The position numbers and the translations under genes are program-made. A stretch of 13,289 bases of DNA from Fonticula alba ATCC 38817 (lineage: Eukaryota; Protista; Nucleariida). The stretch is taken from NCBI GenBank assembly GCA_000388065.2, contig KB932304.1, one strand, 5' to 3'. The notes under the pieces were generated by a model. It was not told the DNA's origin. It did not search any database and saw only the letters and a program-made list of their open reading frames with translations. Below are positions 6,731 to 13,289 of the stretch, one piece after another (the first letter of the stretch is position 1; every line of letters begins with the position of its first letter).

Positions 6731-7130
6731 AGAGTTTATAGCTCAACGGCTAGAGCAAGTATATACACCTGATATGGGTTCGAATCCCATTAAACTCCAT
6801 AAGAAATAAATATTATAAACACATTGGGGATTTACAGTATGTAAAGTAATTTATCTGTACTATTTATATAACAAGATAGTACATACTCTACCTGAATTTT
6901 ATGGCTAAATCCTTGTTGTATTTTAAATTTAGTTTTTGTGATAAAAACATAAATTAATTTAATTATATAGTAGACACAACAGTCGTGTATATTATGGGAT
7001 TTTTAATATAAACTATTAAAATACCCATAGATCTATATAGCCCTATACAACAATATTATATAGGGCTAACTCTAACAATACATAAATAATGTAGTGTTTA
7101 TCTAGAATATATTCATGTGTTAAATCTTAT
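6731..7130 (+). repeat. Diverged duplicated module, copy 2, with three hairpins
   Basis: Blocks shared with copy 1; stems TGTACTAT/ATAGTACA (6856-6883), TATGGG..TTTTAATA/TATTAAAA..CCCATA (6993-7029), TAGCCCTATA/TATAGGGCTA (7038-7068). Confidence 0.8.
6732..6798 (+). ncRNA. tRNA-like element lacking a proper anticodon arm (pseudo-tRNA or t-element)
   Basis: Perfect acceptor GAGTTTA/TAAACTC, D stem GCTC/GAGC and T arm ATGGG-TTCGAAT-CCCAT, but only 17 nt between D and T arms (22-23 expected); starts 1 nt after the nad3 stop. Confidence 0.75.
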
Positions 7131-7806
7131 ATAAATATATAATAAATATATTATACCTAATCTAACCTGAAGAGGAATAAATAATATTATAAAATAAAAT
7201 AAAAATAATTTTTATTTTATAAATGTGTATTTTATAATACTAATACATTAATAAAACAATATAGAACCAGACATGTAAGTGTCAACCCCATATAATAAAA
7301 ATAATAAGTTCTTAGGTTAGATTTAGTATGCTATAGACTAACTATCAAAACTACATAAATATTTATATTCATTAGGTAGATAAAAAACTTATTGATCTAG
7401 TACATAATACTTATACTAAATATAAATATAATATTATATTTATATTTAAATACACTTATTCAGGGTACATCCTAACTATGATTAGATAAGGTATAAGTTT
7501 CTAAACGATGGTCTGTCAGTACCTTCCCTTTATTAAATTCTAAATAAAATAGATATAACTAAAAAAAGTATATAATATACAATACATTATAAATAATTCT
7601 ATTAAATTAATAAATGTATTGGGGACTGCTAAATAACCCAAATTATTAAAACATATAATATCTAACTCTAAAATATAAAGCCTTAAAATATGAATAAGCA
7701 CCCCAATACATCCTATAGCTAAAATATTATACTATAATATTAATAGCATATATTCTAAGTCTTATTTTGCGGGATAATTAATAAACAGAAATTATTTTGG
7801 ACTGAA

Positions 7807-7832
7807 AAAAAAACTAGGGGCCTAGTTTTTTT
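7807..7832. terminator. Symmetric hairpin with A/T tails, terminator- or processing-like
   Basis: AAAAAAACTAG-GGGC-CTAGTTTTTTT, 11-bp perfect stem, 50 nt past the stop of the 7882-8064 ORF; function inferred. Confidence 0.5.
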
Positions 7833-7881
7833 AATATAAACTAATTTTAAACAGGTTCCTATTAAAACATATTGGTAATAA

Positions 7882-8064
7882 CTAATAATAGGTGCTGGTT
7901 CTAATATGTTTTAATAATTTTAGGTTTATTAAATAAAAACAATATTGTTTAAATATTGTTTGTACCTTATATTTTAAAGATATATATATTATACCAATAA
8001 TGTAGGCTGAATTAGCATATTTAAATAGAATTATAAACCCCCTACTTTTAAAATGTCCTATCAA
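7882..8064 (-). CDS. 60-aa ORF, truncated paralog of the orf282 N-terminus (mini-gene or pseudogene)
   Basis: IILF-x6-YIIGIIYIS matches orf282 in residues and spacing; TTG start. Confidence 0.55.
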   Translation of the reverse strand: MIGHFKSRGFIILFKYANSAYIIGIIYISLKYKVQTIFKQYCFYLINLKLLKHIRTSTYY

Positions 8065-8163
8065 GCTTCTCTAAATACACAGCTATTATTTCTATCTAGA
8101 GAGTTATATTCTAGATTATAACCCACTAGTTTTAGCCAGTACAGCCTTGGACAAATACATCAA

Positions 8164-8520
8164 CCCTTCTTCACTATAAGCCTATACTATAGGAGCATTG
8201 TGTTAGAGGAAATACACTTAATAAATTGAGTTCACTAACATATTGGTGACTGCAAGCCATGATTTTATATAAGAAAGTCTTCACATATAATTCATTCATA
8301 AGTAAAGAGCTCTAACTCTAGTAGGTTCTAACTATTAGATAGTAAGAACTAACACAGTTAGCCTCACACCTACTACCAAACACTATTTTGATTAAGAACT
8401 TAATCACTAATTTAAAATTAACATTAGAATTACATAATAAACCTAAAGACATTATAATACAGATAAATTAATCAAAATTACAATAATATAAACTAGTCTA
8501 AACCTACGCACTAAAAATAA
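8164..8520 (-). pseudogene. Decayed orf282-family copy B
   Basis: One frame with multiple stops gives LFLVRRFRLVYIIVILINLS, VYYVILMLIL, IKSWLAVTNMLVN and SEEG, collinear with orf282 LFIVKFLMYIIGIIYIS, YYYVIIVIFI, ISSW..LVN and SEEG. Confidence 0.45.
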
Positions 8521-8599
8521 AATTATAAATGTTTTTATATTAATAGTGTAAAACTAAGATTATACCCATTAGCTATTGTAATGCTATATCTTCCTAGTA

Positions 8600-9105
8600 G
8601 ACCTGTGCTATATCTAAAACAATATAAATATAACCCAAACAATATCTACTAGGAAAATACTACTATATAAATAACTGCAAGTAGTGTATACACACCTATC
8701 AACTCAATTATAATTTAGCCAGAGTCTTAACAGAGCTTAGTTCACGATTATTTCCTAAAATAATATCCAATAAATACATTTTCTAAGAAATAGCTTAACT
8801 AAAATAAAACAATGATACAGAGCTAGAATTAACCCTTGTAATTCATAAGTCTATAACCATAGATTTATGAATCTAACGAGATACACACTGGAAAATCATA
8901 AGGGTATTATGACTCATATAATATTAGCACTAAAAATGATATAAATACTACAAAAACTATAGCTCTCAACCCCACCCATAACACCATTACTTTAACAAGA
9001 AAAATAAACTGCTATAAAATTAAGACAGAACAAAATACTGTATATAGCCACATATAGATGTCCTGTACTATTCAATTCGTATAATATCTTTTTAATTAAA
9101 ACCAT
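8600..9105 (-). pseudogene. Decayed orf282-family copy A
   Basis: ATG at 9105 gives MVLIKKILYE...SILFCLNFIAVY, with TAA after 37 codons. The 14-mer GTATTTATTGGATA (8764-8777) is identical to orf282 2022-2035. LF-LE-YLLD is recoverable with two 1-nt indels, followed by LGNNR..VKTLAKL vs IGPAR..VKFLVKV. Confidence 0.6.
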
Positions 9106-9143
9106 AATACTAACTAAAGTAACTACACAACAAAGAATTAGTT

Positions 9144-9200
9144 TACAGGCAAGGGGATTCGAACCCATTCACAGGTAAACCTGCTCTTTCCTAGACCTGA
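9144..9200 (-). ncRNA. Minimal tRNA-like element (T arm plus partial acceptor, no anticodon loop)
   Basis: TCAGGTC...GAGCAGG-TTTA-CCTG-TGA-ATGGG-TTCGAAT-CCCCT-TGCCTGT-A; acceptor pairs at 5 of 7 positions, D arm reduced. Confidence 0.6.
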
Positions 9201-9285
9201 AAAAAAAAAAATTATTAAATGTTTTTTATTTAATAAATAAAAAATCTATCAGGGATTTTTTTTATGGTATCGTCTTTGTTTATAT

Positions 9286-10236
9286 TTAATATTTGTTATT
9301 GTTTTGGTTGATAATGTTGTTTGTCCATGTAGTGTAGTTGTATTGGTGTGTTGTTTTGTTTGTTATGTTGTGTTGTAGTATGCTTCCTATTGTTGGGTTT
9401 GTTTGCCTGTTGTGGTTGTTAATGTTTGGGTTTGTTGTGTGGTTTGCTTGTAATGGAGTTAATGTTTCTCTGAGTTCATTTGGTGTGTTGTTTTGTGTTG
9501 TTTCTTGAGTGATTCCTATAGTTTTTAAATAGCTTATCCAATTTTGGTGGATGTTGTTTTGTGTTGCTTCTATTGCTAATTTTGTTAGTTCTTTGTTTGG
9601 AGTTTTTGGGTGGGCTTTTGCGTAGTTTTCTTTAACTGTTTTTGCAAATTCTTTATATTCACTCTCTGACATTAAGTTTAATGCTCGGGCAGTGCTGTTG
9701 TAGAATTGAGTGTAAGAGTGGGAGTTTGATAGGGCTGTGCAATGTAATGATTGTGAGTTGTGAAAGAATTCTACTGCTTTGTCTTCTGAATAAGTTTCGG
9801 CGTATTCTTTGAATTCTTCAGAATAAGTTGTGTCTAGTTTATTGTCTAATTTATCTAGCCATTCTATAATTTCACTGGCTTTTAATAGTCCTGCTGTTTT
9901 ATATGAATTCATATGAGAGTTCATATAAATATAGTGTATTCCTTTATAAGTATCGAATCTAGTAGGAGATCCCTCAGATACTAATGTTTTATTTAAGATA
10001 TAGGCTTTTTTTAAGTCTTCTGCTTGAGAGTTAAATAATAGTTGGAATAAAGATCCTTTACTCATTATGAATGAGTCGATTAATGGTCTTATTAAATAAG
10101 GCTTAGAAATCTTTGTAGGGATTGTTTCAGGGAGTTTTTCTGTGATTATTACACTTGATATTTCACCCCAGTATCCCATATCAAAAAGGATTAGGTTAAC
10201 AGTAGAAAGAAGCATATTATACAAATTAGATAGCAT
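9286..10236 (-). CDS. orf316, hypothetical soluble protein with an HMG-box-like segment and an N/T/Q-rich tail
   Basis: Long ORF overlapping the rps7 end by 11 nt; motif at aa 194-233. Confidence 0.7.
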   Translation of the reverse strand: MLSNLYNMLLSTVNLILFDMGYWGEISSVIITEKLPETIPTKISKPYLIRPLIDSFIMSKGSLFQLLFNSQAEDLKKAYILNKTLVSEGSPTRFDTYKGIHYIYMNSHMNSYKTAGLLKASEIIEWLDKLDNKLDTTYSEEFKEYAETYSEDKAVEFFHNSQSLHCTALSNSHSYTQFYNSTARALNLMSESEYKEFAKTVKENYAKAHPKTPNKELTKLAIEATQNNIHQNWISYLKTIGITQETTQNNTPNELRETLTPLQANHTTNPNINNHNRQTNPTIGSILQHNITNKTTHQYNYTTWTNNIINQNNNKY

Positions 10237-11026
10237 TTTTTTTTTTTTTCACGTCATCATTTTTTGTAAAGCATTTTTTAGTGTTAGTTGCTTTTTCTAA
10301 CATTTTAGTAGGGTGTATTCCTTCTGGTATAATTTTAACCTTAATGTTTTTTTTGATGTTGGCAATTCTATTTAATTTTTTTATGTTTAATTCTTTTGTG
10401 TTTGGTGTAGTTTTAGCTAGTTTAGGGCTTATGTTCTCTTCTTTATGGTTTTTGATAAAGAAGTTTACTAGTCTTACTCTTAGTCTTTTCATTTGTAATA
10501 TTCTATTTTTTAGAGCTACTGTTCTTTTTCTAGATTTTGTAGTATAGAATTCCATGCGATTTTTTCTAGAATATATTGTTAAATGTTTAGTTTGTACATT
10601 CCTAAAATGATTTAATGATACAAGTAGTTTTTTAGGGAGTCCATCTACTCCGTTTAAGTTTTTAATGTGTTGTAATATTAAGTTTTTATAGACTGAAAGT
10701 TTTCTTGAGCCCAACATTAAAAAATGTTTTTTAGATTGTCTTCCCATTCTAATGTTTATGTATTTACTTATTGGTAATGATTCAGATGTTAGGTACATAT
10801 AGTATTCATATGGGCTAACACCATCATTCTCTCTTGATAATATATATACTTGATTTAAAGCATTATGCATTTTTTGACTTTTACCATTTTTTATAAAACC
10901 TTTTCTTATTTTTTCTGTTACAAAATTATCTTGGTAATCTAAGTGTTTATAACCTGCTCCTAAGTTTATTTTTTTAGGGGAGTGACTATAAGATTTATGA
11001 TTATAATTATATATTATATTATTCAT
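10226..11026 (-). CDS. rps7: Ribosomal protein S7, divergent, with a basic C-terminal extension
   Basis: GFIKNGKSQKMHNALNQVY and SPYEYYMYLTSESLPISKYINIRMGR align with uS7 (MK.GKK..A..I...AF; P......AI.N..P..EV...R.GG). Confidence 0.7.
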   Translation of the reverse strand: MNNIIYNYNHKSYSHSPKKINLGAGYKHLDYQDNFVTEKIRKGFIKNGKSQKMHNALNQVYILSRENDGVSPYEYYMYLTSESLPISKYINIRMGRQSKKHFLMLGSRKLSVYKNLILQHIKNLNGVDGLPKKLLVSLNHFRNVQTKHLTIYSRKNRMEFYTTKSRKRTVALKNRILQMKRLRVRLVNFFIKNHKEENISPKLAKTTPNTKELNIKKLNRIANIKKNIKVKIIPEGIHPTKMLEKATNTKKCFTKNDDVKKKKNAI

Positions 11027-11076
11027 ATAATATGAAATATAATTAATTTACAAACTATATCTGGGTACTTAATAAA

Positions 11077-13272
11077 TCAATATTTAAAACATGTTGAGAC
11101 TATTTCCTCATCTATTTCTTTAAGAAGTAGACAGAGCTTATATATCTCAATGGCTTTTTTTATCTCTACTATACTGGGAGTATAGTCCATTAACACCTGC
11201 CTAGTTTTTAAACATTTTTTTAAATAATCTATTAATAAAATAATATTTTCATTCTCTATCTCTTGATAAATATTATTAAATAGCATAATGTTTAACTTTC
11301 CTTCAGCTAATAACTTAATTAATTCTGACGTAAAACAACTATCAGGCTTTGTTAATTTAAACCATCTTAAATGTTCTAATGATTTGTTGTGTGTTTTATA
11401 TTTAATTCTATGTATCTTTTTTTCTAGATTAGATGAATCTAAGTTACTATTTACTAAAAAAGTCCTTAACTCATCTTTAGTAAAGTCTAATTCAGGAAAT
11501 AACAAGTTTAAAGTGTCTTTAATAAATTCTGTATTATTATACTTATATAATTCTGTTTTTACTCTCCTTGTATAAAGAGAGTTTAAGTCTTTAGATAAAA
11601 CTACATTATTATATGTATTACAATTAATATAATTTTTCATTATATTAAATAAGAAATCCCTTCCTCTAAAAGAACCCTGCTCATAAAAAGGCTCCCCCCT
11701 TTTAGATAAAGGTTTTATCGCCCCCTTTTTAAAAAAGAATTTTGTCCTATTAGTATATTTTGTTAATCCTATTCTTTTGTTTTGTCTCAATATTCTTTTC
11801 TTTACTCTATGGGCTATAACCCTTTTATAATGATAAGTAAATAAACAATTGGCATATTTATGGACCATTCCAAAGATAGATTTTCTTAACCTAGGTTTAT
11901 TTTTAGTTAAGAAAAATTTATTACATCTTTTTCTAAGCCTCAATAGACGATATGGTTTATATCTTAATATCCTAACGTTTTTAATCTTTAATTTAATTCT
12001 TCTTTCTATTTTTAAGTTAGCTAAATCTTGTTTATCTTGGATCTTTTGTCTAGCTGCATACTTAAAAGAAAATTTCCTTTCAACTTTTTGAAATAAAAAT
12101 CCTCTAAAATGGCCTATCCTAGCCATAGTTGAAAATGTGTTAGGATCCATTATATTAAAAGTATTAAAAAACCTGGATGTTAATCTAACATCCACTGCAT
12201 TTCTTGCTAGACTATAAATAAGGCGCTTGTCCTCTAAAAAATATGGCCATTTAATATTTTTATTATTAATTTTATTATAATCTTTTAACTCTGAGAAAGA
12301 GTTAAAATAATATAATTTAGATTTACCCTCTTTTTTAATATATATAGGATCAGGAAAAATATCTGGGTTATTTAATAAAAAATTATTAAATGATTTAGAA
12401 CTTTTAGTTTTTAAATTATACTTATAACGACCTACAACATATTTAAATATAGCTAATCGTGACCTCCTCCACTTAAATTTATACTTAGATCTAATAGTTA
12501 ACTTATCTTGTTTATACTTTAAAATATAAAAAGTGTTAAAAGAGCCATGAATTAAACGCTCTAATCTATAAAATAAAACTTTATCTTTTAAATTAGCCCT
12601 ATTACTAATAATTTTAAAATATTTATTAATAGCCAACCTTATAAAATGAAATAAGCCCCTATTCAACTCAGTAAACGTATTCAACCCACCAAATTTATAA
12701 TTCTTTGAATACACTTCACTAAACTCAGATTTCTTATAAGAATTATACCCAGAAATCTTTAAAAATAACTCCCTCTCATACCTCTTATACTTAATAAAAG
12801 CATGAGAAGAACCCTTACGCTCATAAAAATACCTATAATTATAAAAAAAAAAAGGATCTCTAACACCAACATACTTCAACCTCCCATATTTTTTTAAATC
12901 ATATAACATCAAAAACCTCCTCTTATTAAAAAAATTACGCCTCCTTAAAAAAAAAGGAAGCCTCCTAAATTGACCCAAAACATCTTTAGATTCACACTTC
13001 AAATTCACCAACCTACCCCTCTTATTAAAAACCCTATAAAACTTAATAGAATTAGGCAAAGAAACATGAACCCTCCTAAACTCCAACTGAGACAAATCAT
13101 CAATAACACCAGAAACCGATAAAACCGGCAAACCAACCCCACCAGCTGCCAACAAATCCAATACAGCCCCCTTCAAAAACAACAACTCCAAATCATTAAA
13201 ATCCAACAAATAAACAGACCTAATACCGTCCAAATTCAAATACTCTCCTCTCACAAATAAAATATTTTTCAT
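11077..13272 (-). CDS. orf731, very Lys/Arg/Phe-rich protein, possibly a highly diverged or fused ribosomal protein
   Basis: 731 open codons in AT-rich DNA, same strand as and directly upstream of rps7; no unambiguous family motif. Confidence 0.75.
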   Translation of the reverse strand: MKNILFVRGEYLNLDGIRSVYLLDFNDLELLFLKGAVLDLLAAGGVGLPVLSVSGVIDDLSQLEFRRVHVSLPNSIKFYRVFNKRGRLVNLKCESKDVLGQFRRLPFFLRRRNFFNKRRFLMLYDLKKYGRLKYVGVRDPFFFYNYRYFYERKGSSHAFIKYKRYERELFLKISGYNSYKKSEFSEVYSKNYKFGGLNTFTELNRGLFHFIRLAINKYFKIISNRANLKDKVLFYRLERLIHGSFNTFYILKYKQDKLTIRSKYKFKWRRSRLAIFKYVVGRYKYNLKTKSSKSFNNFLLNNPDIFPDPIYIKKEGKSKLYYFNSFSELKDYNKINNKNIKWPYFLEDKRLIYSLARNAVDVRLTSRFFNTFNIMDPNTFSTMARIGHFRGFLFQKVERKFSFKYAARQKIQDKQDLANLKIERRIKLKIKNVRILRYKPYRLLRLRKRCNKFFLTKNKPRLRKSIFGMVHKYANCLFTYHYKRVIAHRVKKRILRQNKRIGLTKYTNRTKFFFKKGAIKPLSKRGEPFYEQGSFRGRDFLFNIMKNYINCNTYNNVVLSKDLNSLYTRRVKTELYKYNNTEFIKDTLNLLFPELDFTKDELRTFLVNSNLDSSNLEKKIHRIKYKTHNKSLEHLRWFKLTKPDSCFTSELIKLLAEGKLNIMLFNNIYQEIENENIILLIDYLKKCLKTRQVLMDYTPSIVEIKKAIEIYKLCLLLKEIDEEIVSTCFKY

Positions 13273-13289
13273 AAAAAAAAATTTTATAA
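13252..13289 (-). repeat. Source copy of the 38-bp leader/start repeat; runs to the window edge and may be longer
   Basis: Reverse complement is identical to 1565-1602. Confidence 0.95.

Noticed and set aside
8271-8280. AAGAAAGTC resembling the RNase P RNA 5' P4 motif
   Set aside because: No correctly spaced ACAnAAnnnnGCTTA partner found, and the region is better explained as antisense of a decayed ORF copy.
8053-8340. + strand frame with sparse stops, suggesting stop-codon reassignment or insertional editing
   Set aside because: Recognised genes are intact and end in TAA or TAG; homology to orf282 is on the - strand.
10281-10547. 88-aa hydrophobic + strand ORF
   Set aside because: Antisense to Lys-rich rps7; AAA codons read as TTT and mimic hydrophobicity.
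11288-12091. Two + strand ORFs (95 and 80 aa)
   Set aside because: Antisense shadows of orf731 with no independent motifs.
11077-13272. orf731 as rps12, the usual upstream neighbour of rps7
   Set aside because: The highly conserved PKKPNSA motif is absent.

Overview
AT-rich organellar DNA, most consistent with a protist mitochondrial genome (taxon not determinable here). Recognisable core: seven tRNA genes (His, Gln, Tyr, Lys on -; Leu, CAT-anticodon Ile/Met, Ala on +), nad6, nad3, a divergent rps7 and an rps3 split into two adjacent ORFs, plus three unassigned ORFs (145, 316, 731 aa). The main unexpected signal is a multi-copy family of membrane-protein ORFs: intact orf282, a 3'-truncated paralog at the left edge that the ORF track missed, and three short or decayed tandem copies at about 7.9-9.1 kb. 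Two members carry the 5' start of another gene. The left-edge copy begins with cox1-like MNQFVSKWLFSTNHKDI. orf282 sits in frame behind a perfect 38-bp copy of the leader and first 7 codons of orf731. Also seen: tRNA-Ala built on the tRNA-Lys acceptor stem without G3:U70, two anticodon-less tRNA-like elements, a diverged ~400-bp duplicated module, a decayed nad6 duplicate, an ACG at the expected rps3 start, an HMG-box-like motif in orf316, and G/C skew reversals that do not follow gene strand. All homology calls are by-eye alignments and need HMM/BLAST confirmation.
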